Positions 19,111 through 28,368 are shown, counted from the first letter of the stretch. The stretch is DNA of 32,000 bases from Opitutales bacterium (GCA_965219535.1 CBDCNV010000002.1:2190001-2222000), one strand, 5' to 3'. The notes: a model not told the origin generated them from the letters alone. A program made the numbers and translations.

Positions 19111-19974
19111 ATGAAATTAACTGAAGCGCAGATGGATTTTTACCGTGTTTTTGGGTTCTTAATCTTTCGGCAGCTCTTATCACCTGATGAAATGGTTATC
19201 TACAATCGCGAGTTTAATTCAGGCATAGAGGAGTGGCTCAAGCATTATAAGGGGAAGCAAGTGAAAGGGCATAGGCGTAAAGTCTATTTAAACGAGTATG
19301 GTTTGGATTATCAATTATGTGTGCCTCTAATGGATCATGACACCCCGTTCATATGTTCTCTTCTGGATGACCACCGTCTTGTCGATGCTGCCGAACAACT
19401 CTTAGGCACTGATGTTCTTGGAATATGGTCTGATGCGGCCTGGTTTTATGGTGACACGCAATGGCACACGGACCAGGTTACCTCGAAATACCGGGCTGTG
19501 AAATTCGCAATTTACCCGGATCCCCTCAATGAAAGTAATGGGGCATTGCGTGTGATTCCCGGGTCCCATCACGATTCTTTCTCAAAACAAATAAACGATG
19601 AGACAGCCGGAATAGATACTTGTGAAAAGTACGGAATACACCCCGATGAAATGCCGGCCTATGTCTTCAGATTAGAACCCGGGGATGTTGTCGCTTTTGG
19701 CAATCCTCTTTGGCATGCTTCATATAATGGGGGTAAACGTCGAAGACTGGGAGTTGTCATGTTTACGGAGGATCCAAAGACACCCTATGCGTTAGATAAT
19801 ATTCAACGCATTATGCATAATATGCATAAACGTCAGGCCGTTCATTTTGGTGGCCAGTTCTACCCCGACTACTGGCGTACTATCGACAATCCACGTCATC
19901 AGTACTGGGTGCGTCGCCTCAAAGAACTGGATATGCTCGAGACCGCAGAGGCGTCTGCATATAAGGAAGATTAA
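19111..19974 (+). CDS. Phytanoyl-CoA dioxygenase (PhyH) family Fe(II)/2-oxoglutarate oxygenase
   Basis: This 287-aa ORF has WHTDQ (HxD), LRVIPGSHH and WHAS motifs. Confidence 0.8.
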   Translation: MKLTEAQMDFYRVFGFLIFRQLLSPDEMVIYNREFNSGIEEWLKHYKGKQVKGHRRKVYLNEYGLDYQLCVPLMDHDTPFICSLLDDHRLVDAAEQLLGTDVLGIWSDAAWFYGDTQWHTDQVTSKYRAVKFAIYPDPLNESNGALRVIPGSHHDSFSKQINDETAGIDTCEKYGIHPDEMPAYVFRLEPGDVVAFGNPLWHASYNGGKRRRLGVVMFTEDPKTPYALDNIQRIMHNMHKRQAVHFGGQFYPDYWRTIDNPRHQYWVRRLKELDMLETAEASAYKED

Positions 19975-20021
19975 ATTCTTTGTATCTAAGAAACTAATAT
20001 ACTATCAAGGATAGGATCGGA

Positions 20022-20801
20022 ATGACACTGAAAGAAAAAGTAGCTATCGTCACGGGGGCAGCGAGCGGGATCGGTCGGGCCACCGCGCATAAATTTACTG
20101 AGGAAGGGGCCAGGGTCGTGGCGGTTGATATTAATGAAGGGGGTTTAAAAGAAACTGTAAATACAGGGTCAGAAAAAGGGAAAGGCTCATTACAATCTAT
20201 AACCACCGATGTTAGTTCTTCGGAACAGGTTAAAGCACTCGTGGAATCTGTAGCATCCCAGTATGGACGCATCGATGTTATTTTCAGCAACGCGGCGATC
20301 ATGAAAGATGGTTCAGTTATTAATTTAACGGAAGAGAATTGGGACGCGTTGTTTGCGGTTAATGTGAAAGGTGCATTCCTTTTAGGGAAATATGGAATTC
20401 CCATAATGATAGAATCAGGGGGTGGGTCTTTTATTATCACCGCGTCGGTGAACAGTTTTTATGCGGAATCAGACATCGCCGGGTACTGCGCTACTAAAGG
20501 CGCAACCTTGCAATTGACGCGGGCGATGGCTGTTGATCACGGTCCGGATAAGGTGAGGGTGAACTGTATCTGCCCCGGTTGGATTGAAACGCCGATGTCG
20601 ATGCCGTATTTAACTGAAAATCCTGAGGGACGTGAGTTCGCGGGTAAAATTGCTCCAGCCGGTCGAATAGGACAGCCGGAAGACGTCGCCGCAGTAGCCT
20701 TGTTCCTGGCCAGTGATGAAGCTGCTTTTGTCACCGGTGCTGCCTACAATGTTGATGGGGGATGGACGGTAGGCATGACGAAGGCGCTCGCGCTAATTTA
20801 G
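20022..20801 (+). CDS. Short-chain dehydrogenase/reductase (SDR) family oxidoreductase
   Basis: It has TGAASGIGRA (TGxxxGxG), NAAI and YCATK (YxxxK) motifs. Confidence 0.9.
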   Translation: MTLKEKVAIVTGAASGIGRATAHKFTEEGARVVAVDINEGGLKETVNTGSEKGKGSLQSITTDVSSSEQVKALVESVASQYGRIDVIFSNAAIMKDGSVINLTEENWDALFAVNVKGAFLLGKYGIPIMIESGGGSFIITASVNSFYAESDIAGYCATKGATLQLTRAMAVDHGPDKVRVNCICPGWIETPMSMPYLTENPEGREFAGKIAPAGRIGQPEDVAAVALFLASDEAAFVTGAAYNVDGGWTVGMTKALALI

Positions 20802-20841
20802 AGTTTAATTCGATTTTTTAGTTTTCGAACCTAAAACAATT

Positions 20842-21573
20842 ATGAGACGCGGCTGGTTAATTGGGTGTTTTATTTTATTCGTCGTTTCTCTCTCGTTATT
20901 CGTTGCACGCGATTATTCGACCTCCGATGGAGAGGCAGATACTTATACTAAAGCGCGTCATCAGATGGTAGAGACGCAAATGGAGCGACGAGGGATATTG
21001 AATCCCGAGGTTTTAAGAATAATGGGAAAAGTTCCCCGTCACGAGTTCGTCCCCTTACTCTATCGATGGCAGTCATACGATGACCACCCCTTACCGATTG
21101 AGAAAGGGCAAACGATCTCGCAACCGTATATTGTTGCTTTAATGACCGAATTGTTAGATCCAGAACCCGCAGATCGAATTCTTGAAATTGGCACGGGGTC
21201 GGGATACCAGGCTGCAATACTCGCTGAATTAGTCGATACGGTCTACACGATTGAAATTATTCCCGCCCTTGCCAAAAGCGCGGCGGAAACTTTTAAGCGC
21301 TTAGATTATAGTAATATTCAAGTAAAAGCAGGGGATGGTTATCTCGGATGGCCGGAAGCGGCACCTTTTGATGGGATCATCGTAACCGCTGCGCCTCCCT
21401 ACCTTCCTCAACCCCTGGTTGAACAGTTAAAAACGGGTGGAAAGCTGGTAATTCCTGTCGGCGATATTTATCAGGAATTAAAAGTTTATACCAAAACAGA
21501 TGAAGGGTTAGAAACTAAAGATATAATTCCCGTTCGATTCGTTCCCATGACCGGTAGAGCACAGGAAAAGTGA
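20842..21573 (+). CDS. pcm: Protein-L-isoaspartate O-methyltransferase with N-terminal hydrophobic segment
   Basis: It has QTISQPYIVALMTELL and ILEIGTGSGYQAAILAEL motifs. The N-terminus reads MRRGWLIGCFILFVVSLSLFVA. Confidence 0.85.
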   Translation: MRRGWLIGCFILFVVSLSLFVARDYSTSDGEADTYTKARHQMVETQMERRGILNPEVLRIMGKVPRHEFVPLLYRWQSYDDHPLPIEKGQTISQPYIVALMTELLDPEPADRILEIGTGSGYQAAILAELVDTVYTIEIIPALAKSAAETFKRLDYSNIQVKAGDGYLGWPEAAPFDGIIVTAAPPYLPQPLVEQLKTGGKLVIPVGDIYQELKVYTKTDEGLETKDIIPVRFVPMTGRAQEK

Positions 21574-21627
21574 TATATTGTAATTCTATTATTGCCCAAT
21601 TGCGATAGTTCATATGATTAGACTTAA

Positions 21628-22809
21628 GTGAGTGATAGTTTACAGGATCAGTTAAATGCGGCAATACAGGTAGAGCGCTTAGTCGATACGGCGGTAAAAA
21701 TCATTGGAATTCCCAGTCCCACATTAAGTGCAAAGTCCGCAGCTGATAAACTGGCAGAAATACTGGAGAAGGATGGATTTAAAGTCGAGCGGCCCGATGC
21801 CAATTGGCCTGAGTCTCCGGCGGTGTTTGTGAGTTACGATTCTGGTCAACCCGGTAAAACTCTACAGTTTAATGGTCATCTGGATACCGTTCATTTGCCG
21901 TTTGTTGAGCCCCGGGTAGATGACGGTATGTTGTACGGAAGTGGCGCTTCGGATATGAAAGGGGGAGTTGCCGCGATGTGTGAAGCACTGCGTATCCTTC
22001 GCGACACGGGATTGTTGAAATCAGGAAAAATACTATTGACTGCCCATGACCACCATGAAGCCCCCTGGGGGGATGGCCGACAGGTTAAAGCCCTGATTGA
22101 AGAAGGTTATGTCGGGGACGGTGTTCTGATCCCAGAATACCTTGCACATTGTTTGCCCGTCCTGGGGCGAGGCATGGCGATTTTCGAAGTCAGTATCACG
22201 CGAGAAGGAAAACCGGTGCACGAAGTCCAGGGAGGTTTGGAGCAGCCCTCTGTCATAGCAGCAGGTGCGGATCTCATCACCCGGTTTATGGAATTAGATA
22301 AGCAATTAACAAAATTGACGCACCCGTTAGGTGCACGTGAAAGTATTTTTATCGGGCAGGTAAGTTCAGGAGAAATTTATAATCAATCACCGACTGAATT
22401 TAAACTCCATGGCACCCGTCGTTGGCTCCCCGGTACTTTAAGGGATAATGTTGAAAAGCAATTTCAAGATATACTTAACGAAGTAGGGAAAGAAAAAGGT
22501 ATAAAAGTGAAGGGTGAATTTAATTCCCTCTTAGATCCTTATGAACTCAATGAGGATCATCCGTTGTTGCCGGCTTTTCAGTCAGCTTACGAGGAAATTG
22601 CAGGCCAATCTCTTCCGCTGGGGGCCAAACCATTTTTGGATGATGGGAATAACTTTATCGCGAAAGCAGGGATTCCGGCGATAACCCATGGGCCCGATGC
22701 AATAGGGGCACACACCGTAAATGAAGAAGTTTCGATTGACGAGTTGAAGAGGGTGGCACTTACTTATGCTTTAACGGCTATTCTATTTTGTGGTAACGGC
22801 GATGAGTGA
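21628..22809 (+). CDS. M20-family metallopeptidase / deacylase (ArgE/DapE-like)
   Basis: This 393-aa ORF has FNGHLDTVH and GSGASDMKGG motifs. It has a GTG start. Confidence 0.8.
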   Translation: MSDSLQDQLNAAIQVERLVDTAVKIIGIPSPTLSAKSAADKLAEILEKDGFKVERPDANWPESPAVFVSYDSGQPGKTLQFNGHLDTVHLPFVEPRVDDGMLYGSGASDMKGGVAAMCEALRILRDTGLLKSGKILLTAHDHHEAPWGDGRQVKALIEEGYVGDGVLIPEYLAHCLPVLGRGMAIFEVSITREGKPVHEVQGGLEQPSVIAAGADLITRFMELDKQLTKLTHPLGARESIFIGQVSSGEIYNQSPTEFKLHGTRRWLPGTLRDNVEKQFQDILNEVGKEKGIKVKGEFNSLLDPYELNEDHPLLPAFQSAYEEIAGQSLPLGAKPFLDDGNNFIAKAGIPAITHGPDAIGAHTVNEEVSIDELKRVALTYALTAILFCGNGDE

Positions 22810-24169
22810 TATAATTACTGAAAAACAAACCCTCGAAGAAAGATATCTAAAGCAGATTTTTGTCCGCTCTCAGATGACGGAATTTGTAAAGGACCCTTTC
22901 GTAATGAGTAGTTCAGATGGGGTTTATTATACGGATATTGATGGAAAACGTTACCTTGATGCCATAGCAGGAATTTTTGTCGCTTCGGTTGGCCATAATA
23001 ACCGACGGGTGATTGAAGCGATTAACGACCAGTTGGACAAAATGTCCTTTTCCCCGATCATACACGGCACGAATGCATTAGCTGTTCAATTAGCCAATTT
23101 ACTGGCAGAAATTGCCCCCGGTGATTTAAGCGCGGTCAAATTCTGCTGTGGGGGATCGGAGGCAAACGAAACCGCTTTTAAAATGGCGCGCCAGTATCAT
23201 AAACTTAACGGTAATCCTAACAAGTATAAGGTAATCTCGCGCTACCAGTCCTGGCATGGGTGCACAATGGGGTCCCTGTCCGCGTCCGGACTAACTTCAC
23301 GTCGTGTTGACTCCGAGCCGCTGGCGGCAGGATTTGTTCATGTATTCCCTCCCTATTGCTATCGCTGTCCTTTTGGTAAGGAATACCCCAGTTGTAATAT
23401 CACCTGTGCCGGCTTGATTGAAGATACGATTATGATGGAAGATCCTGAGACCGTCGCCGCGGTCATTGTTGAGCCGATCGGGCATACCGGTGGCATCATT
23501 GATCCTCCCCCTGAATATCTTCCCCAATTACGAGAATTTTGTGACCGACATAACGTGCTTTTGATTTTTGATGAAATTATTACCGGAATGGGGCGCACGG
23601 GAGAAATGTTTGCTGCTGAAACATTCGGAGTGATTCCTGATGTGATTTGCCTGGGCAAGGGTTTATCTGGTGGATACATGCCACTATCCGCGGTGCTATG
23701 TCGAAGACACATTGCGGATAAATTCTGGGGAGATGAGGAGACAAATCCGGGCTTGGTGTCGGGTCATACATATGAAGGTAACCCCATCGCCTGCGCGGCT
23801 GGATTGGCGACGATAGCGGAGATTATCGAAAAGGATTTGTGCGCAAATACCCGTAAAGTGGGCAGCCATTTGCGCGATGGTCTGGAGGGGCTTCGCAAGC
23901 ACGAAATTATCGGCGACATTCGAGGGAAGGGATTGTTTTTTGGTGTCGAGTTTGTTCGTGATCGGGTGACAAAAGAAAAGTTTTCGGATGATATTCCGAT
24001 TGCCACATTAATTGGAAAACGCGCCTTAGAAAAAGGACTCTTGCTACGCTACGATCCTCATTGGTTATCAATCGGCCCCCCTCTAATCCTGACTGAAAGT
24101 CAGGCCGATGATATTGTTTCTATTTTGGATGCTAGTATAACAGAAGTGCTGCAGGAGATTAAAAGCTAG
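22802..24169 (+). CDS. Class-III (omega) PLP-dependent aminotransferase
   Basis: It has GGSEANETAFKMAR, DEIITGMGRTG and LGKGLSGGYMPLSA motifs. The ATG at 22802 overlaps the upstream stop, whereas the track ORF begins at 22790. Confidence 0.85.
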   Translation: MSDIITEKQTLEERYLKQIFVRSQMTEFVKDPFVMSSSDGVYYTDIDGKRYLDAIAGIFVASVGHNNRRVIEAINDQLDKMSFSPIIHGTNALAVQLANLLAEIAPGDLSAVKFCCGGSEANETAFKMARQYHKLNGNPNKYKVISRYQSWHGCTMGSLSASGLTSRRVDSEPLAAGFVHVFPPYCYRCPFGKEYPSCNITCAGLIEDTIMMEDPETVAAVIVEPIGHTGGIIDPPPEYLPQLREFCDRHNVLLIFDEIITGMGRTGEMFAAETFGVIPDVICLGKGLSGGYMPLSAVLCRRHIADKFWGDEETNPGLVSGHTYEGNPIACAAGLATIAEIIEKDLCANTRKVGSHLRDGLEGLRKHEIIGDIRGKGLFFGVEFVRDRVTKEKFSDDIPIATLIGKRALEKGLLLRYDPHWLSIGPPLILTESQADDIVSILDASITEVLQEIKS

Positions 24170-24192
24170 AGTGTAATTGCATCGCGCCCCTA

Positions 24193-24621
24193 TTGTCATT
24201 GCGAGGAGCAACGCGACGCGGCAATCCAGAAATTTTGGATTAACCATTGCCACATATAAACCGATTTAATACATGTGCGCAATGTGTATTACGTTTACAT
24301 CCTCACCAGTAAGCGTAATGGAACACTTTACACTGGTGTCACCTGTAGTTTATTTCGTCGCTTATGGGAACATAAAAATAAATTTAAGGAAGGGTTTACC
24401 AAGAAATACAATATACAAAGGCTGGTATATCACGAATCCTTTTATGATATTCAAAATGCTATCGTACGTGAAAAGCAAATTAAAGCCGGATCGAGAAAAA
24501 AGAAGATTGCTTTAATTGAAGCAGAGAACCCCCATTGGAAAGATCTGAGCGGAGACTGGTATTCGTAAAACAATGACGATTCGCCTGGATTGCTTCGTCG
24601 TGATGCTCCTCGCAATGACAA
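24193..24621 (+). mobile_element. Candidate autonomous GIY-YIG element: a single GIY-YIG gene bounded by about 37-bp terminal inverted repeats
   Basis: The left arm at 24193 is TTGTCATTGCGAGGAGCAACGCGACGCGGCAATCCAG. The reverse complement of the right end, from 24621, is TTGTCATTGCGAGGAGCATCACGACGAAGCAATCCAG, matching at 33 of 37 positions. The same termini bound four other repeat copies in the window. Mobility is inferred, not shown. Confidence 0.6.
24275..24568 (+). CDS. Small GIY-YIG nuclease family protein (COG2827 / UPF0213-like)
   Basis: The 97-aa product reads VYYVYILTSKRNGTLYTGVT (GIY...YIG), then RRLWEHK, FTKKY, LVYHESF and REKQIKAGSRKKKIALIEAENPHWKDL. It has a GTG start. The ORF is intact, unlike the relics in the miniature copies. 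Confidence 0.85.
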   Translation: MRNVYYVYILTSKRNGTLYTGVTCSLFRRLWEHKNKFKEGFTKKYNIQRLVYHESFYDIQNAIVREKQIKAGSRKKKIALIEAENPHWKDLSGDWYS

Positions 24622-24646
24622 ATGGGGAGGCACGTGCCCTCCATTA

Positions 24647-25486
24647 TCAGGTGCGAACAGCATGTCTGAAGAGTGGTTTAGCTATATCTGGAAGACTTTC
24701 AAAAACTTCCAGAGGCATCGGGGGGTATTGGATAACCCTTTGCTTGGGGTCATCATTAACAATTTTCATTTCTGTCGATCCTGGTAGGTATATATTCTGA
24801 TTCATCCACCAGGGCGCGTATCGGGCAACCATGGAGACACGGGACTTATCCGTTTTATTCGCTCCGCCCGCATGCCACATACGACTGTCAAAAGCGAGGA
24901 CGCTACCCGCAGACCCGGTCACCTGTATTTCATCGGGAAAAGGTTCAAAATTTGGTTCTTCACCATAGGAAGGATTTGTATTTCGTTTATGGCTGCGCGG
25001 CACGAGGTGGGTCGCGCCGTTTTCCTCTTTAAAGGGGTCAATCATCCAGATTGTGGTAATGGTCATTAAAATTGTATTAAGGTATGGACTTTCAATATGC
25101 CCCGCATAGTTTCCCGCGAACGGTTGATCCCCATGCCACTCCCTACGATCGCTATGGGGTATATTATTCGTGGTAGAAGTGGCACAAACGCGAAAATGAG
25201 GGCCGAATAAATTTTCTATCAAGGTGGTCATTCGGGTGTCAGCGAGATATTCGGCAAAAGACGGAATATAATTTATGGAAGAAGCGCAATAATTGGTAAT
25301 TCCATCAGTGACTCGAGTGAAAGGTTTGTTTTCGGGTTCACCTTGTCCGATAGTGATTAATTCGTCTCTGATAGGAGCAATACGCTCTTCTGGCACTACA
25401 TCCTCAATTAAACACCACCCCTCATCACGGATCTCTGCTGCCAATGACTCCGTCGATTTTACCGCTTTGGTTTTTGTTTCCATCAC
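24647..25486 (-). CDS. Phytanoyl-CoA dioxygenase (PhyH) family oxygenase
   Basis: This 279-aa ORF has WHGDQP, THLVPRSH and WHAGGAN motifs. Confidence 0.8.
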   Translation of the reverse strand: MMETKTKAVKSTESLAAEIRDEGWCLIEDVVPEERIAPIRDELITIGQGEPENKPFTRVTDGITNYCASSINYIPSFAEYLADTRMTTLIENLFGPHFRVCATSTTNNIPHSDRREWHGDQPFAGNYAGHIESPYLNTILMTITTIWMIDPFKEENGATHLVPRSHKRNTNPSYGEEPNFEPFPDEIQVTGSAGSVLAFDSRMWHAGGANKTDKSRVSMVARYAPWWMNQNIYLPGSTEMKIVNDDPKQRVIQYPPMPLEVFESLPDIAKPLFRHAVRT

Positions 25487-25693
25487 TGCATCCTCATATT
25501 TATGCGTTTTGCTCTTTGATCAAGATAATACACAGGGACGAAATTATACCCATCTTCAAATTTTACAAGTCCTCAAAATGCGAGATATTAGTGTAATAAA
25601 CCCTTTGTTGAGGTTAAAGTTTATTGATGGGTATAGTTTAATGGAGAAGTAATTATGCTATCGACATGGCGAGAGTTTAAGGTATACTAATAA

Positions 25694-25701
25694 TTGATTA
25701 T
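25694..25701. repeat. Target-site duplication (left) of the IS1595 element
   Basis: TTGATTAT lies immediately outside the left IR and is identical to 26437-26444. Confidence 0.85.
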
Positions 25702-25710
25702 GGGTCATGC

Positions 25711-25748
25711 CTAGAATAGACACATATCAGATGTGTAAGCTATTCTAG
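25711..25748 (+). promoter_or_regulatory. Hairpin spanning the left IR and transposase leader
   Basis: The sequence is CTAGAATAG-ACACAT-atcag-ATGTGT-aag-CTATTCTAG, giving 9-bp and 6-bp stems. It ends 4 nt before the ATG at 25753. It may occlude translation initiation on read-through transcripts, but that is inference. Confidence 0.4.
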
Positions 25749-25752
25749 ACAA

Positions 25753-26427
25753 ATGAGAAATAAGTATGTACATCGTTCAAAAATTTCTGAGGCCAAATTT
25801 CGGCAGTTAGTAAAGTGTTTTAGCTTGGATATGGAAGCGTTGAAGATAGCCCAATTGACAGGATTGAATCGTAACACGGTCAACCGTTATTTGCGCTTGT
25901 TGCGGGAGCGTTTGTTGCAGCAATGTGCGCAGGCCTCGCCTTTTAGGGGGTCGGTGGAAATGGATGAGTCCTACTTTGGAGGCAAAAGAATTCCAGGGCA
26001 AAGAGGTCGGGGTGCATTCAAGAAAGTGCCCGTCTTCGGGTTGCTCAAGCGTAATGGGAAAGTCTATACCCAGGTTGTACGCAATGTCTCCAGAGCCGCT
26101 CTGCATGCGGTGATCCAAGGGAGAGTTACTTTTGACAGTGTGCTTTATTCTGACGGGTGGCGTGCTTACAACGGCCTCGTGGATCTGGGCTATAAGAAGC
26201 ATTACCGTGTCAATCACAACGACAACGAGTTTGCCCAGGGACACTCCCACATTAACGGGATTGAATCTTTTTGGGCTTTTGCTAAACTTCGATTGGCTAA
26301 GTTCAAAGGTCTTTCTCGTAGGACCTTCCAACTGCACCTCAAAGAAACTGAATATCGCTTTAACCATCGTCATCAAAACCTCCATCGTAACATCCTTAAT
26401 ATGTGCTTAAGATACCCTCTGTTCTAG
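25753..26427 (+). CDS. IS1595-family (ISXO2-like DDE) transposase
   Basis: The 224-aa product has MDESYFGGKR..GRG..KVPVFGLLKRNGKVYT...LYSDGWRAYNGL...HYRVNH...HINGIESFWAFAKLRLAKFKG. Confidence 0.9.
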   Translation: MRNKYVHRSKISEAKFRQLVKCFSLDMEALKIAQLTGLNRNTVNRYLRLLRERLLQQCAQASPFRGSVEMDESYFGGKRIPGQRGRGAFKKVPVFGLLKRNGKVYTQVVRNVSRAALHAVIQGRVTFDSVLYSDGWRAYNGLVDLGYKKHYRVNHNDNEFAQGHSHINGIESFWAFAKLRLAKFKGLSRRTFQLHLKETEYRFNHRHQNLHRNILNMCLRYPLF

Positions 26428-26436
26428 GCATGACCC

Positions 26437-26444
26437 TTGATTAT
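26437..26444. repeat. Target-site duplication (right) of the IS1595 element
   Basis: TTGATTAT lies immediately outside the right IR. Confidence 0.85.
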
Positions 26445-26474
26445 TATACTTAATTAATTGATATTTCAGCATAT

Positions 26475-26951
26475 ATGAAAAAGAGACAAGATTTTGAATC
26501 ACAGGGGTTTACTTTGGTCGAGTTGATGATCGTTGTCGTTATCATCGGTCTCTTAGCCTCATTTGCCATCCCCGCTTTTAATAGAACGAGAGTTGTTTCG
26601 CGAGGAACCGCCTTTCTAAATGATCTACGTGTATTCTCGGATGCGGCAGATACCTATATGATAGAAACTGGAGATTATCTCGAAGATTCAGGCAGTGGTT
26701 CTGTTCCCACGGGTTGGGATGCTTACATTAGCACCGCGAAGTGGACCGGGGCTACGCCAATAGGTGGGGTCTGGGATGTGGAATTGGACTCTTTTGGTAT
26801 AAAATCAGGATTAGGCGTACATGGCCCTGACTTTACCTCTCAGCAGATGCAGGATATTGAAGACAGTTACGATGATGGCGATCTTTCGACGGGGAAATTC
26901 CGGAAAATTGCCGCTGACCGTTACTATTTTATTCTGGAGGACAATCCTTAA
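26475..26951 (+). CDS. Prepilin-type N-terminal cleavage/methylation domain protein (pseudopilin-like)
   Basis: It has the N-terminal motif GFTLVELMIVVVIIGLLA and a C-terminal DDGDLSTGKF motif shared with 29416-29874. Confidence 0.85.
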   Translation: MKKRQDFESQGFTLVELMIVVVIIGLLASFAIPAFNRTRVVSRGTAFLNDLRVFSDAADTYMIETGDYLEDSGSGSVPTGWDAYISTAKWTGATPIGGVWDVELDSFGIKSGLGVHGPDFTSQQMQDIEDSYDDGDLSTGKFRKIAADRYYFILEDNP

Positions 26952-27102
26952 TAGGCTGATCCAACAGGCCTTGGTATAGCTGAAGCGTAACTAAGCTATC
27001 CATATTCTCACTCTTGACGGGTGTGAGATGTCTCTACATACAACAGCTAACTCCATCTTATGGGGAGCAAGTAATGGATTTTAGAGCAATTGGGAAAGAT
27101 AA

Positions 27103-28368
27103 ATGTCATTGAAGAGAGCACCTGAAACCGATTTCGAAAAGGTATCTTCCTATCTGAGGAGACAAGAAGGAAAGTGTGTTAAATTCCTTCAAGGATTAAT
27201 TCAGATTCCAACCGTGAATCCCCCTGGAGACTGCTATAAGCAGTGTGTGTCCTATCTCGATACAAAACTTAAATCGATGGGTATGAAAACCCAGGTCATT
27301 CGTGTCCCAATAAATGAGCAGAAAAAAGTGACACCCCACTTAATGAATTACCCCCGGTATAACTTAATTGGGAGATGGAATACCGGAGCTGCGAAGACAC
27401 TACATTTTAATGCACACTATGATGTGGTTCCTGTCTCGGGTGAATGGAAATATGGACCTTTTGTGCCGAGAGTTAAAGACGAGTGGATTTACGGACGAGG
27501 GACAGCGGACATGAAAGGTGCAATTGCCGCTTGTTGTTTTGCCATTCAAGCGGTGAAGCAATGTAAACAATTACCACGGGTAAATTTAGAAGTGTCTTTC
27601 ACTGCGGATGAAGAAACAGGCGGTGAACTGGGGGCCGGATATATTGTCGAGAAGAAGCTGGTTAATCCCGACTATGCCGTAGTCTGTGAAGGGGGTAGTG
27701 GAAGAACTGTAGGTTGCGGACATAATGGTGTGCTCTGGCTGGAGTCGGTGATTACCGGCAAATCTGCTCACGCCGCGCATCCACATAATGGGATTAACGC
27801 CTTTGAAAAAATGTCGGCTCTGGTAGTCCACTTAAACCGTTGGAAAAAAACTCTGAAAAATCGAAGCTATGTATCACCTAACGGACGTAAAATGCATCCC
27901 ACGATAAATATAGGGGGTGTATTTGATGTCGGATTGGGGGCTAAAGTGAATACCGTTCCATCTCATGCGAGTTTTTCAATCGATAGACGCATTATTCCCA
28001 GCGATTCCTTGCGCGATGGGGAGAGGGAAATAAAAAGAGTGATCAATGAAGCGAGGAGACAAATACCGGATCTGCGTGTAAAAACAGCAAGCCTCTTAGA
28101 AATCAAACCCTGTCTTGTTGATCACAGCAGTTACTTTCCCCAAACATTTTCACGCGTTGTTAGTTCGGTGCTGGGCGGTCGTACTCAATTCAATGTTTGT
28201 GACGGGTTTACCGATATGAATCGCTTTGTGAACAGCAAAATAATAACCGTGGGTTACGGTCCGGGGGGTAAATTAAACCACGGGGTAGATGAGCGGGCAA
28301 AAATTCGCAGCATATTGCAAACAGCCAGGGTATATGCGAAACTGATGCTCTCGCTTGAAGAGAAATAA
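27103..28368 (+). CDS. M20-family metallopeptidase / deacylase (ArgE/DapE-like)
   Basis: This 421-aa ORF has HFNAHYDVVP, GRGTADMKGAIAA and ADEETGG motifs. Confidence 0.85.
   Translation: MSLKRAPETDFEKVSSYLRRQEGKCVKFLQGLIQIPTVNPPGDCYKQCVSYLDTKLKSMGMKTQVIRVPINEQKKVTPHLMNYPRYNLIGRWNTGAAKTLHFNAHYDVVPVSGEWKYGPFVPRVKDEWIYGRGTADMKGAIAACCFAIQAVKQCKQLPRVNLEVSFTADEETGGELGAGYIVEKKLVNPDYAVVCEGGSGRTVGCGHNGVLWLESVITGKSAHAAHPHNGINAFEKMSALVVHLNRWKKTLKNRSYVSPNGRKMHPTINIGGVFDVGLGAKVNTVPSHASFSIDRRIIPSDSLRDGEREIKRVINEARRQIPDLRVKTASLLEIKPCLVDHSSYFPQTFSRVVSSVLGGRTQFNVCDGFTDMNRFVNSKIITVGYGPGGKLNHGVDERAKIRSILQTARVYAKLMLSLEEK

Larger units (their letters stand above)
25702..26436 (+). mobile_element. IS1595-family insertion sequence (735 bp)
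   Basis: It has perfect 15-bp terminal IRs, GGGTCATGCCTAGAA (25702-25716) and TTCTAGGCATGACCC (26422-26436). An 8-bp direct repeat, TTGATTAT, flanks both ends. There is a single transposase ORF whose stop lies inside the right IR. Confidence 0.9.
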
